From Macrostomum lignano (taxonomy: Eukaryota), in assembly GCA_002269645.1 (NCBI GenBank), contig NIVC01000864.1:186001-250000 (forward strand): a stretch of DNA of 64,000 nucleotides. Direction: 5' to 3'. The position numbers and the translations under genes were made by a program. The number at the start of each line of letters is the position of its first letter. Positions within the stretch are counted from its first letter, which is position 1. The notes under the pieces are model-generated. The model was not told the DNA's origin, did not search any database, and saw nothing but the letters and a program-made list of their open reading frames with translations. Shown here one piece after another: positions 1-13,519 of the stretch.

Positions 1-405
1 CCTCACTCTCTCCTACATCTCACTCATTCTACACCTCACTCTCTCCTACATCTCACTCATTCTACACCTCACTCTCTCCTACATCTCACTCATTCTATAC
101 CTCACTCTCTCCTACATCTCACTCATTCTACACCTCACTCTCTCCTACATCTCACTCAGTCTACACCTCGCTCTCTCCTACATCTCACTCATTCTACACC
201 TCCCTCTCTCCTTCTACATCTCACTCATTCTACACCTCACTCTCTCCTACATCTCACTCATTCTACACCTCACTCTCTCCTACATCTCACTCATTCTACA
301 CCTCACTCTCTCCTACATCTCACTCATTCTACACCTCACTCTCTCCTACATCTCACTCATTCTACACCTCCCTCTCTCCTTCTACATCTCACTCATTCTA
401 CACCT
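1..405. repeat. 33-bp minisatellite (CCTCACTCTCTCCTACATCTCACTCATTCTACA)n, runs off window start
   Basis: Unit recurs at positions 1, 34, ... with few variants. Confidence 0.95.
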
Positions 406-942
406 GACCGCCTTCTCATATTCCATTTTCACGCCAACCTCGCCCTATCCATTGAACCTAAAAGTCATTCACGTCGATCAAAAGTCACCCTAGGCTCTGA
501 CCAAAGTCGGGTGTTTAATTTCAGGCTCCCTACGTCTAGATACTCGTAAGACATACGATGCAATTATTGTAGCCGGGCAAGCCGCCAAGCAGCCACCTGC
601 GCGACTAGGAGATGCTTGCTTAACTAAGGAAAGAAGTTTGCAACAGAGAGGCAGTTAACAAGTTTAGCTGGGTGACGAAGGGAAGAGGGAGAAAGTTGGT
701 AAAGGGACATGTAAGGCTCTTGCTAGGTGGCCGACACAATACCCATAACACATGCCGCTGCGCACAGCCATGACTCACCGCCCTGACCTGCGCGGGCCTC
801 TGGCGCAGTCATTAACCTGGCTGCGTAAAGTGTGACTAGGCCAGTAAGCATTCCGTTTTCTGGGCACAGCACTTACAGTTGAAGATCGGCTGGGGTGGCA
901 TTTTTGCGATGATTGAAAATTATTTTTCTGTCCGTATTCTCT

Positions 943-2445
943 CATTGTCACTCTCTCGCTGATCCCTGTCACTCTCTCGCTGATCCCTGTCACTCTCTTA
1001 CTGATCCCTGTCACTCTCTCTCACTGATCCCTGTCACTCTCTCGCTGATCCCTGTCACTCTCTCGCTGATCCCTGTCACTCTCTCTCTGATCCCTGTCAC
1101 TCTCTCGCTGATCCCTGTCACTCTCTCGCTGATCCCTGTCACTCTCTCGCTGATCCCTGTCACTCTCTCTCACTGATCCCTGTCACTCTAGCTCTCACTG
1201 ATCCCTGTCACTCTCTTACTGATCCCTGTCACTCTAGCTCTCACTGATCCGTCACTCACTGATCCCTGTCACTCTAGCTCTCACTGATCCGTCACTCACT
1301 GATCCCTGTCACTCTAGCTCTCACTGATCCGTCACTCACTGATCCCTGTCACTCTCTCGCTGATTCCTTTCACTCTCTTACTGATCCCTTTCACTCTAGC
1401 TCTCACTGATCCCTGTCACTCTCTTACTGATCCCTGTCACTCTCTTACTGATCCCTGTCACTCTCTAACTTATCCCTGTCACTCTCTCTCACTGATCCCT
1501 GTCACTCTCTCGCTGATCCCTGTCACTCTCTCGCTGATCCCTGTTACTCTCTCGCTGATCCCTGTCACTCTCTCTTGCTGATCCCTGTCACTCTCTCTTA
1601 CTGATCCCTGTCACTCTAGCTCTCACTGATCCGTCACTCACTGATCCCTGTCACTCTCTCGCTGATCCCTGTCACTCTCTCGCTGATCCCTGTCACTCTC
1701 TCTTGCTGATCCCTGTCACTCTCTCTTACTGATCCCTGTCACTCTAGCTCTCACTGATCCGTCACTCACTGATCCCTGTCACTCTCTCGCTGATTCCTTT
1801 CACTCCTTACTGATTCCTTTCACTCTAGCTCTCACTGATCCCTGTCACTCTCTTACTGATCCCTGTCACTCTCTTACTGATCACTGTCACTCTCTTACTG
1901 ATCCCTGTCACTCTCTTACTGATCCCTGTCACTCTTTTACTGATCCCTGTCACTCTCTTACTGATCCCTGTCACTCTCTTACTGATCCCTGTCACTCTCT
2001 TACTGATCCCTGTCACTCTCTTACTGATCCCTGTCACTCTCTCTCACTGATCCCTGTCACTCTCTCGCTGATCCCTGTCACTCTCTCGCTGATCCCTGTC
2101 ACTCTCTCGCTTATCCCTGTCACTCTCTCACTGATCCCTGTCACTCTCTCGCTGATCCCTGTCACTCTCTCGCTGATCCCTGTCACTCTCTCGCTGATCC
2201 CTGTCACTCTCTCGCTGATCCCTGTCACTCTCTCGCTTATCCCTGTCACTCTCTCGCTGATCCCTGTCACTCTCTCGCTGATCCCTGTCACTCTCTCGCT
2301 GATCCCTGTCACTCTCTCTCACTGATCCCTGTCACTCTCTCGCTGATCCCTGTCACTCTCTCTCACTGATCCCTGTCACTCTCTCACTGATCCCTGTCAC
2401 TCTCTCTCTCGCTGATCCCTGTCACTCTCTCGCTGAATTCTGTCA
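943..2445. repeat. ~21-bp minisatellite (CTGATCCCTGTCACTCTCTCG)n
   Basis: Direct tandem copies; source of the TGISERV/LIPVTLS repeat ORFs. Confidence 0.95.
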
Positions 2446-3004
2446 CTCACTAATTCCTAGCTCGTATAAATGTCAGCAAACTTTTAATCTCCATGCAACC
2501 GCTATCATTTTTTCATGCCCTCTTCGCCAAAGCACGAGCTGAGCAATAATTGCGAGCGTAGACTGTGAGCTTTAAACTGGGACATACATGCAAGGATTTA
2601 CACGCAAGCTTGTAGATTTCTATGTAAATAGCCAAGTTAAATAAAAAGACTTCATAATATCTAGTGTAACAATTATATTAAGTGTACAATCATATCAGAT
2701 AGTCATGCCTATAGATGCATTATTTACTTTGCTAAGTCACATATAACTCATAACGTTGAGCTGTTACCAATAGCAAAACTTCAGAAATTTTTCATCCACT
2801 ATTTAGAGCGTGTCTTTTATGTAAAACTAGATTTTATGGTTTTTAAATATTGCTGCTTTGATCTCCAACGGTGGAAACGTCTGGAAAATGGTGCAGTCTG
2901 GCTTTTTAGCCGCATGGCAATAATTGCAGAAACTTTACAAACATGAGGGCGACTTCGCTAATCTAAGTGCTTGTTCACCAAGCTGCAGTTCACCAATTAT
3001 AGTC

Positions 3005-5635
3005 CATCGTTCACCAATATAGGCGTTCATTCACCAATATAGGCGCTCAATCACCAATCTAGGTGCTCATTCACCAATATATGTACTCATTCACTAATCT
3101 AGGTTCTTATTCACTAATCTAGGTTCTTATTCACTAATCTAGGCGATTTTCACCAATCTAGGTGCTCATTCACTAATCTAGGTGCTCATCCACCAATCTA
3201 GGTGGTCATTCTCCAATCTAGGTGCTCATTCTCTAATCTAGGTCGTCATTAACCAATCTAGGTGCTCATTAACCAATCTAGGTGCTCATTAACCAATCTA
3301 GGTGCTCATTAACCAATCTAGGTGCTCATTAACCAATCTAGGTGCTCATTAACCAATCTAGATCCTCATTAACCAATCTAGGTGCTCATTAACCAATCTA
3401 GGTGCTCATTAACCAATCTAGGTCCTCATTCACCAATCTAGGTGCTCATTCACCCATCTAGGTGCTCATTCACCCATCTAGGTGCTCATTCACCCATCTA
3501 GGTGCTCATTCACCAATCTAGGTGCTCATTCACCCATCTAGGTGCTCATTCACCCATCTAGGTGCTCATTCACCCATCTAGGTGCTCATTCACCAATCTA
3601 GGTGCTCATTCACCCACCTAGGTGCTCATTCACTAATCTAGGTGCTTATTCTCCAATCTAGGTGCTCATTCACCAATCTAGGTGCTCATTCACTAATCTA
3701 GGTGCTCATCCATCAATCTAGGTGCTCATTCACTAATCTAGGTGCTTATTCTCCAATCTAGGTGCTCATTCACCAATCTAGGTGCTCATTCACTAATCTA
3801 GGTGCTCATCCATCAATCTAGGTGCTCATTCACTAATCTAGGTGCTCATTCTCCAATCTAGGTGCTCATTCACCAATCTAGGTGCTCATTCACTAATCTA
3901 GGTGCTCATCCATCAATCTAGGTGCTCATTCACTAATCTAGGTGCTCATTCACTTATCTAGGTGCTCATTCACCAATCTAGGTGCTCATTAACCAATCTA
4001 GGTGCTCATTAACCAATCTAGGTGCTCATTAACCAATCTAGGTTCTCATTAACCAATCTAGATCCTCATTCACCAATCTAGGTACTCATTAACCAATCTA
4101 GGTGCTCATTCACCAATCTAGGTCCTCATTCACCAATCTAGGTGCTCATTAACCAATATAGGTGCTCATTCACCCATCTAGGTGCTCATTCACCCATCTA
4201 GGTGCTCATTCACCCATCTAGGTGCTCATTAACCAATCTAGGTCCTCATTCACCAATCTAGGTGCTCATTCACCCATCTAGGTGCTCATTCACCCATCTA
4301 GGTGCTCATTCACCCATCTAGGTGCTCATTCACCCATCTAGGTGCTCATTCACCAATCTAGGTGCTCATTCACCCATCTAGGTGCTCATTCACCAATATA
4401 GGTGCTTATTCACCAATCTAGGTGCTCATTCACTAATCTAGGTGCTCATTCTCCAATCTAGGTGCTCATTCACCAATCTAGGTGCTCATTCACTAATCTA
4501 GGTGCTCATCCATCAGGTGCTCATTCTCCAATCTAGGTGCTCATTCTCCAATCTAGGTGCTCATTCACCAATATAGGCGCTCATTCACCAATCTAGGTGC
4601 TCATTCACCAATATAAGTACTCATTCACTAATCTAGGTTCTTATTCACTAATCTAGGCGATTTTCACCAATCTAGGTGCTCATTCACTAATCTAGGTGCT
4701 CATCCACCAATCTAGGTGCTCATTCTCCAATCTAGGTGCTCATTAACCAATCTAGGTGTTCATTAACCAATTTAGGTGCTCATTCACCAATCTAGGTCCT
4801 CATTCACCAATCTAGGTGCTCATTAACCAATCTAGGTGCTCATTAACCAATCTAGGTCCTCATTAACCAATCTAGGTGCTCATTCACCCATCTAGGTGCT
4901 CATTCACCCATCTAGGTGCTTATTCACCCATCTAGGTGCTCATTAACCAATCTAGGTCCTCATTCTCCCATCTAGGTGCTCATTCACCCATCTAGGTGCT
5001 CATTCACCCATCTAGGTGCTCATTCACCCATCTAGGTGCTCATTCACCAATCTAGGTGCTCATTCACCAATCTAGGTGCTCATTCACCCATCTAGGTGCT
5101 CATTCTCCAATCTAGGTGCTCATTCACTAATCTAGGTGCTCATTCACTAATCTAGGTGCTCATTCTCCAATCTAGGTGCTCATTCACCAATCTAGGTGCT
5201 CATTCACTAATCTAGGTGCTCATCCATCAATCTAGGTGCTCATTCACTAATCTAGGTGCTCATTCACTTATCTAGGTGCTCATTCACCCATCTAGGTGCT
5301 CATTTTCTAATCTAGGTGCTCATTCACCAATCTAGGTGCTCATTCACTAATCTAGGTGCTCATTCACTAATCTAGGTGCTCATTCACTAATCTAGGTGCT
5401 CATTCACCAATCTAGGTGCTCATTCTCCAATCTAGGTGCTCATTCACTAATCTAGGTGCTCATTCACTAATCTAGGTGCTCATTCACCAATCTAGGTGCT
5501 CATTCACCCATCTAGGTGCTCATTCACTAATATAGGTGCTCATTCACTAATCTAGGTGCTCATTCACCCATCTAGGTGCTCATTCACCAATCTAAGCGAT
5601 CCTTTACCAATCTAATCTGTAGTTCACCAATCTAA
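3005..5635. repeat. 20-bp minisatellite (CACCAATCTAGGTGCTCATT)n
   Basis: Over 100 tandem copies with register held across lines. Confidence 0.97.
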
Positions 5636-5784
5636 TGGAATCTTGGGGCCACTTCGAGTAATTTACTTCGAGTATTAATTTTTTCTCGCCATGTATGTCT
5701 CGCGTTGATCGGGACATGCTCGAACACTGATCGAGATGACATAACTTCCTGGGCTTGGCTTAGTTCCGTGATGGCGGGCAAGAG

Positions 5785-5789
5785 GCAGA

Positions 5790-5860
<71 letters not shown>
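5785..5860. repeat. (GA)n microsatellite
   Basis: Direct reading. Confidence 0.95.
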
Positions 5861-6230
5861 GTGAGACTGAGACTCAGGGTGGTCCCTAAGTGGCTGCTGC
5901 TGCTGCTGGATTGTAAATATTTACCCACTAAACCTTCACTGATCTGTTTGAACTGAAGAACTGAAGAGGATTGTGGGGAGGTTGTCGCAGAGACCCTGCG
6001 CTAAGGACGGGCGGGCCAGGCCATTTTTATCCTCTTGCCTGGCGGCCCGTTCGACCCTTGGAAGCTTCTTGAGTGGAAATTTCAGGCCATTCCAGCCGCG
6101 CTGCCGCTGATTGATGACCGAATCTGGTGGATTAATGCGTGCGGATGGCGGGCCCGGCAGCTGTGCTGATTAAAATAATTGAGCCGGGCTGCCCTGCATT
6201 CGGTGCTGAAGACTTGAAGTTTTCCTATGA

Positions 6231-6540
6231 TGCAGGCCGACATCTAGAGGGAGATGGAGGCCGACATCTAGAGGGAGATGGAGGCCGACATCTAGAGGGA
6301 GATGGAGGCCGACATCTAGAGGGAGATGGAGGCCGACATCTAGAGGGAGATAGAGGTGGAAATCTAGAGGGAAATGGAGGTGGACATCTAGAGGTAGATG
6401 GAGGTGGACATCTACAGGGAGATGGAGGCCGACATCTAGAGGGAGATAGAGGTGGACATCTAGAGGGAGATGGAGGCCGACATCTAAAGGGAGATGGAGG
6501 CGGACATCTAAAGGGAGATGGAGGCCGACATCTAGAGGGA
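6231..6540. repeat. 24-bp minisatellite (GCCGACATCTAGAGGGAGATGGAG)n
   Basis: About 13 copies; gives the GRHLEGDG repeat ORF. Confidence 0.9.
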
Positions 6541-6549
6541 TAGTAATTA

Positions 6550-6800
6550 AATGTCACAGGGACTAATGAAATGTCACAGGACTAATGAAATGTCACAGGG
6601 ACTAATGAAATGTCACAGGACTAATGAAATGTCACAGGGACTAATGAAATATCACAGGGACTAATGAAATGTCACAGGGACTAATGGAATGTCACAGGGA
6701 CTAATGAAATGTCACAGGGACTAATGAAATGTCACAGGGACTAATGAAATGTCACAGGGAGTAATGAAATGTCACAGGGACTAATGAAATGTCACAGGAC
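6550..6800. repeat. 20-bp minisatellite (AAATGTCACAGGGACTAATG)n
   Basis: Direct tandem copies. Confidence 0.93.
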
Positions 6801-7198
6801 ATCTTTTCGAACTGGTCACAATAATGGCACAAGCAGTGTCACTGAGGTGCTACAAGATGTTGCACATCCAGGCTGATATCCCCCATGTTGGTCACAGGCT
6901 GCTGTCACTCAGTGGGGAGGCGGTAATGCAAAAACGCAGAGGGGCAAAATCCAACTTTTTAGACATTTTCCCCTTGACAAAAATTTCCGCAATGCCCTGC
7001 TTCAGAACCAATAACTCACAGCCAGGGTCATTCCTGTGCTAATGGATGCCAGCCCTCTTTTATCTCCTGTCTAGCCGACCAACTAAAAGAAAAATTGCCA
7101 AACATAAATCTCTGCACTTCAACTGATTATCCTGAGCGCTGAGCGCCTTAAGCCAAGGACACTTTTAAAACTAGACATCTGGAGTGTGCGAAAACCAA

Positions 7199-8643
7199 AG
7201 CGATCCTTCACCAATCTAAGAGATCTTCCCCAATCTAAGAGATCTTCACCAATCTAAGAGATCTTCCCCAATCTAAGAGATCTTCCCCAATCTAAGAGAT
7301 CTTCCCCAATCTAAGAGATCTTCCCCAATCTAAGAGATCTTTCCCAATCTAAGAGATCTTCCCCAATCTAAGAGATCTTCCCCAATCTAAGAGATCTTCC
7401 CCAATCTAAGAGATCTTTCCCAATCTAAGAGATCTTCACCAATCTAAGCGATCCTTCACCAATCTAAGAGATCTTCACCAATCTAAGAGATCTTCCCCAA
7501 TCTAAGAGATCTTCACCAATCTAAGAGATCTTCACCAATCTAAGAGATCTTCCCCAATCTAAGAGATCTTCACCAATCCAAGCGATCCTTCAACAATCTA
7601 AGCGATCCTTCACCAATCTAAGAGATCTTTCCCAATCTAAGCGATCCTTCACCAATCTAAGAGATCTTTCCCAATCTAAGCGATCTTCCCCAATCTAAGA
7701 GATCTTTCCCAATCCAAGCGATCCTTCAACAATCTAAGCGATCCTTCACCAATCTAAGAGATCTTTCCCAATCTAAGCGATCCTTCACCAATCTAAGAGA
7801 TCTTTCCCAATCTAAGCGATCTTCCCCAATCTAAGAGATCTTTCCCAATCCAAGCGATCCTTCAACAATCTAAGCGATCCTTCACCAATCTAAGAGATCT
7901 TTCCCAATCTAAGCGATCCTTCACCAATCTAAGAGATCTTTCCCAATCTAAGCGATCTTCCCCAATCTAAGAGATCTTCACCAATCTAAGAGATCTTCCC
8001 CAATCTAAGCGATCCTTCACCAATCTAAGAGATCTTTCCCAATCTAAGCGATCCTTCACCAATCTAAGAGATCTTTCCCAATCTAAGCGATCTTCCCCAA
8101 TCTAAGAGATCTTTCCCAATCCAAGCGATCCTTCAACAATCTAAGCGATCCTTCACCAATCTAAGAGATCTTTCCCAATCTAAGCGATCCTTCACCAATC
8201 TAAGAGATCTTTCCCAATCTAAGCGATCTTCCCCAATCTAAGAGATCTTTCCCAATCCAAGCGATCCTTCAACAATCTAAGCGATCCTTCACCAATCTAA
8301 GAGATCTTTCCCAATCTAAGCGATCCTTCACCAATCTAAGAGATCTTTCCCAATCTAAGCGATCTTCCCCAATCTAAGAGATCTTCACCAATCTAAGAGA
8401 TCTTCCCCAATCTAAGCGATCCTTCACCAATCTAAGAGATCTTCCCCAATCTAAGAGATCTTCACCAATCTAAGCGATCCTTTACCAATCTAAGAGATCT
8501 TCCCCAATCTAAGCGATCCTTTACCAATCTAAGAGATCTTCCCCAATCTAAGCGATCCTTCACCAATCTAAGAGATCTTCCCCAATCTAAGAGATCTTCC
8601 CCAATCTAAGAGATCTTCCCCAATCTAAGAGATCTTCCCCAAT
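7199..8643. repeat. 19-20-bp minisatellite (CCAATCTAAGAGATCTTCC / CCAATCTAAGCGATCCTTCA)n with higher-order variant blocks
   Basis: Direct tandem copies; variant blocks repeat. Confidence 0.95.
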
Positions 8644-9067
8644 TTGACTGCATCTTTAAATGTAATCATTATCCAAATTTGAAAAGCAAATTATTTTCTA
8701 TATTTTAAACAAGTATTTTAAATGAGACAAATATGAGAGCCACACCAGCACACGGGTCACCTGGGGGAGGTGCGAGGCGTGTTTCAGCGCAATTCCAACC
8801 ACCGAAATCTTGTTTCATCAGCAAGACTACTTTTCTTTCTTATCCAAGGATGATGGAGTTGCTAAGGGCAGGGGCAGTATTGGGGTGGGTGGGCTAGTAG
8901 TCCAGATCCCCACTGGGAATGTTATAAACAATTGCTATGAAAATCTCGAATTGCGCATTAGTCCTGAGGGGGACATGGCAGCGACCACGCTCTATCAGAC
9001 ATCTATCAAACAGCGCAATAAATATCCTTAGGCTGATTAAAGAGGTTATAATGGGCAAGAGGAAATT

Positions 9068-9202
<135 letters not shown>

Positions 9203-9869
9203 GTCACTCACCTGATTATTCTGCAGTCCAGTCTCAAGGTCAAACAAGAGGCCAAAAGTTCGCAGTTTTCTGCTTATCGCTGTTTCAAATCCTTCGAAAT
9301 AAATCTTTTTTCAGACCGCCAAAAGTCCCAGATAATTGCTTTTGCCGCCAAAGATTCCTATTGGTCAATCGATCAGCCAATCGGAAGAGTTCCATTGGCA
9401 AATTATTAATTTGTTTACCAATTAGAAAAATGCCCCAATCTTGCTACTTTCAGTACGCCAAAACTCTGTCTCGGTGTGCGATTTCGAGCTCGCAGACAAG
9501 ATTTATTCATGAAGTGATGGACAAGATGAATGGAATTTTAAAAAAATATGAATAAACAAAAGCCGCTGAAGCCAGTGTTGTTTAAACACACAGATGCGCT
9601 TCTGTATTGACGAGAGCAGGTCATTGTGACGAAGTATTATTTATCACGTTTAGAAAAACCTGACTATAAAGAGATTTGTTTATCGTTAAACCTGGTTCCT
9701 TAATAGGGGCAGATCGATGGATTATTGACGCTGCAATTAAAGGCTTGTAATGGCTTCTTCTGCAGCAGATAGTAAAACTATTATAGTTTAATAATAGACA
9801 GCTGGTTTATGAGAAAAAACTAGGGGAGAATGGGACGGCTGGGGAAGAAACAGGCACGGTGGAGCGAGG

Positions 9870-10870
9870 GTGGAATGGCGGGGGAGAGAATGGGATGGCG
9901 GGGGAGAGAATGGGATGACGGGGGAGAGAATGGGATGACGGGGGAGAGAATGGGATGGCGGGGGAGACAATGGGATGGCGGGGGAGAGAATGGGATGACG
10001 GGGGAGAGAATGGGATGGCGGGGGAGAGAATGGGATGGCGGGGAAGAGAATGGGATGGCGGGGGAGAGAATGGGATGGCAGGGGAGAGAATGGGATGGCG
10101 GGGAAGAGAATGGGATGGCGGGGGAGACAATGGGATGGCGGGGAAGAGAATGGGATGGCGGGGAGAGAATGGGATGGCGGGGGAGAGAATGGGATGGCGG
10201 GGGAGAGAATGGGATGGCGGCGGAGAGGGTAGGGTGGCAGGGAGAGGGTAGGGTAGCAGTGAGAGGGTAGGGTAGCAGGGAGAGAGTAGGGTAGCAGTGA
10301 GAGGGTAGGGTAGCAGGGAGAGGGTAGGGTAGCAGTGAGAGGGTAGGGTAGCAGGGAGAGAGTAGGGTAGCAGTGAGAGGGTAGGGTAGCAGGGAGAGGG
10401 TAGGGTAGCAGGGAGAGGGTAGGGTAGCAGGGAGAGGGTAGGGTAGCAGTGAGAGGTTAGGGTAGCAGTGAGAGGGTAGGGTAGCAGGGAGAGAGTAGGG
10501 TAGCAGTGAGAGGGTAGGGTAGCAGGGAGAGGGTAGGGTAGCAGGGAGAGGGTAGGGTAGCAGGGAGAGGGTAGGGTAGCAGGGAGAGGGTAGGGTAGCA
10601 GGGAGAGGGTAGGGTAGCAGGGAGAGGGTAGGGTAGCAGGGAGAGGGTAGGGTAGCAGGGAGAGGGTAGGGTAGCAGTGAGAGGTTAGGGTAGCAGTGAG
10701 AGGGTAGGGTAGCAGGGAGAGGGTAGGGTAGCAGTGAGAGGGTAGGGTAGCAGGGAGAGGGTAGGGTAGCAGGGAGAGGGTAGGGTAGCAGGGAGAGGGT
10801 AGGGTAGCAGGGAGAGGGTAGGGTAGCAGGGAGAGGGTAGGGTAGCAGGGAGAGGGTAGGGTAGCAGGGA
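9870..10870. repeat. Compound G-rich minisatellite: 20-bp (GGGGAGAGAATGGGATGGCG)n followed by 19-bp (AGGGTAGGGTAGCAGGGAG)n
   Basis: Two abutting arrays; dense GGG tracts on the + strand. Confidence 0.93.
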
Positions 10871-11398
10871 CAAGGTAGGGTGAAATGGCAGAGCAGTTAC
10901 TAGCAAACCAGTTCATTCGAGCTACAATCCAAGTCCAATTGAGATCAAGGATTTAATTAATTGGGTCAGTTCTCAATTTCCTGTGAGCATTCAGAGCCCA
11001 GGCAGTCCAATTTAAACAACAGCAGATAGCGGATTCAACATTTGTTTTGGTAAAAATTTTTCCACTATCAGCATTGAATGTGAGATTACAATGTTTGCCG
11101 TCCTGAGTCAAATTAACTACTAATGACTTCGGTCCCACAATTGCAAAACCCACGATCATAGCAGTGCTTATCTTATGCCTTAATCAGTGCTTGTAGCCAT
11201 GGCAACCAGAGCAATAGTGACTAGAATTATCTGCATAAATATTAGTAAAAAAGGTGTCAAAAAAGATTTGATTCAGAATTTTTGTCAAATAAACTTGAGC
11301 CGATCGTTTCAAAACAGGCAAGGAGTCTAGTTGTTAGTCACTAATTTTTTTATTATAATAAGCAGGCCCCACCAAAGCTTTATTAAAACTTTTTTCAG

Positions 11399-11526
11399 CA
11401 TGCGCTGTGAGCATCAGGTGCTACGCGTACTCAAGCATCCTGGGCGACATTCGGACTGAAGTGACTTGCCCTTCAGGCGTCACATCTTGCTTCAAACAGG
11501 ATATGACAGTGCTTGGCGTTCGAATT
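11399..11526 (+). CDS. Putative internal exon encoding the N-terminal half of a three-finger (Ly6/LU, toxin-like) domain: xCAVS-IRCYAYSSILGDIRTEVTCPSGVTSCFKQDMTVLGVRI
   Basis: Acceptor TTTTTTCAG ending 11398, donor GTGAGA at 11527; C-x15-C-x6-C spacing with IRCY and CPxGxxxC as in three-finger proteins; flanking exons not found. Confidence 0.5.
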
Positions 11527-11544
11527 GTGAGATTAACAACCCCC

Positions 11545-13345
11545 TCATTACCATAGATCCAGCCTCTCATTACCATAGATCCAACCCTCTCATTACCATA
11601 GATCCAACCCTCTCATTACCATAGATCCAACCCTCTCATTACCATAGATCCAACCCTCTCATTACCATAGATCCCAGCCTCTCATTACCATAGATCCAGC
11701 CTCTCATTACCATAGATCCAAACCTCTCATTACCATAAATCCCAGCCTCTCATTACCATAGATCCAACCCTCTCATTACCATAGATCCCAGCCTCTCATT
11801 ACCATAGATCCAGCCTCTCATTACCATAGATCCAACCCTCTCATTACCATAGATCCAACCCTCTCATTACCATAGATCCAGCCTCTCATTACCATAGATC
11901 CAACCCTCTCATTACCATAGATCCAACCCTCTCATTACCATAAATCCCAGCCTCTCATTACCATAGATCCCAGCCTCTCATTACCATAGATCCCAGCCTC
12001 TCATTACCATAGATCCAGCCTCTCATTACCATAGATCCAGACTCTCATTACCATAGATCCAACCCTCTCATTACCATAAATCCCAGCCTCTCATTACCAT
12101 AGATCCCAGCCTCTCATTACCATAGATCCAACCCTCTCATTACCATAGATCCAACCCTCTCATTACAATAGATCCCAGCCTCTCATTACAATAGATCCCA
12201 GCCTCTCATTACAATAGATCCCAGCCTCTCATTACCTCTCATTACCATAGATCCCAGCCTCTCATTACCTCTCATTACCATAGATCCCACCCTCTCATTA
12301 CCATAGATCCCAGCCTCTCATTACCATAGATCCCACCCTCTCATTACCATAGATCCCAGCCTCTCATTACCATAGATCCAACCCTCTCATTACCTCTCAT
12401 TACCATAGATCCCAGCCTCTCATTACCTCTCATTACCATAGATCCCAGCCTCTCATTATCATAGATCCAACCCTCTCATTACCATAAATCCCAGCCTCTC
12501 ATTACCATAGATCCAACCCTCTCATTACCATAGATCCCAGCCTCTCATTACAATAGATCCCAGCCTCTCATTACAATAGATCCAAGCCTCTCATTACCTC
12601 TCATTACCATAGATCCCAGCCTCTCATTACCATAGATCACAGCCTCTCATTACCATAGATCCAACCCTCTCATTACAATAGATCACAGCCTCTCATTACC
12701 ATAGATCCAACCCTCTCATTACCATAGATCCAACCCTCTCATTACCATAGATCCCAGCCTCTCATTACCATAGATCCCAGCCTCTCATTACAATAGATCA
12801 CAGCCTCTCATTACCATAGATCCCAGCCTCTCATTACCATAGATCACAGCCTCTCATTACCATAGATCCAACCCTCTCATTACAATAGGTCACAGCCTCT
12901 CATTACCATAGATCCAACCCTCTCATTACCTCTCATTACAATAGATCCCAGCCTCTCATTACCATAGATCCCAGCCTCTCATTACCATAGATCCCAGCCT
13001 CTCATTACAATAGATCCAACCCTCTCATTACCATAGATCCAACCCTCTCATACCATAGATCCAACCCTCTCATTACCATAGATCCCAGCCTCTCATTACA
13101 ATAGATCCAACCCTCTCATTACCATAGATCCAACCCTCTCATACCATAGATCCAACCCTCTCATTACCTCTCATTACAATAGATCCCAGCCTCTCATTAC
13201 CATAGATCCCAGCCTCTCATTACCATAGATCCCAGCCTCTCATTACAATAGATCCAAACCTCTCATTACCATAGATCCAACCCTCTCATACCATAGATCC
13301 AACCCTCTCATTACCTCTCATTACAATAGATCCCAGCCTCTCATA
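11545..13345. repeat. 21-22-bp minisatellite (CTCTCATTACCATAGATCC[A/CAG]C)n
   Basis: Direct tandem copies. Confidence 0.95.
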
Positions 13346-13519
13346 GGTTAATGCTAATTTGTTTTATCTGGATAGTTGTCGGCTCGTGGAGTCTCAGACA
13401 GTTTCAAAAAAATGTTATTTGGTTGGAAAGATATGGCAGGACTGCTGCGAACACAGATAAGACTGGGATCAGGCAGATTTGGCCGACTTTAATATAGACA
13501 CTATAGACAATATAGACAC

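Noticed and set aside
6139-6543. Gly/His-rich ORF (GRHLEGDG repeats) as a structural protein
   Set aside because: It is explained by a 24-bp minisatellite, starts at a non-ATG codon, has no signal peptide, and the antisense frame is equally open.
6824-7042. MAQAVSLRCY... resembles a Ly6 N-terminus
   Set aside because: There are no further correctly spaced cysteines and no splice signals supporting an exon.
8900-9060. LELRISPEGDMAATTLYQT as a Penelope-like RT remnant
   Set aside because: Similarity is too short and weak to support without a search.
13376-13460. Cys-containing frame (CRLV...KKCY...DCCEHR*) as the missing last exon of the orphan three-finger gene
   Set aside because: It lacks the terminal CN motif and its frame does not match the phase-0 donor.
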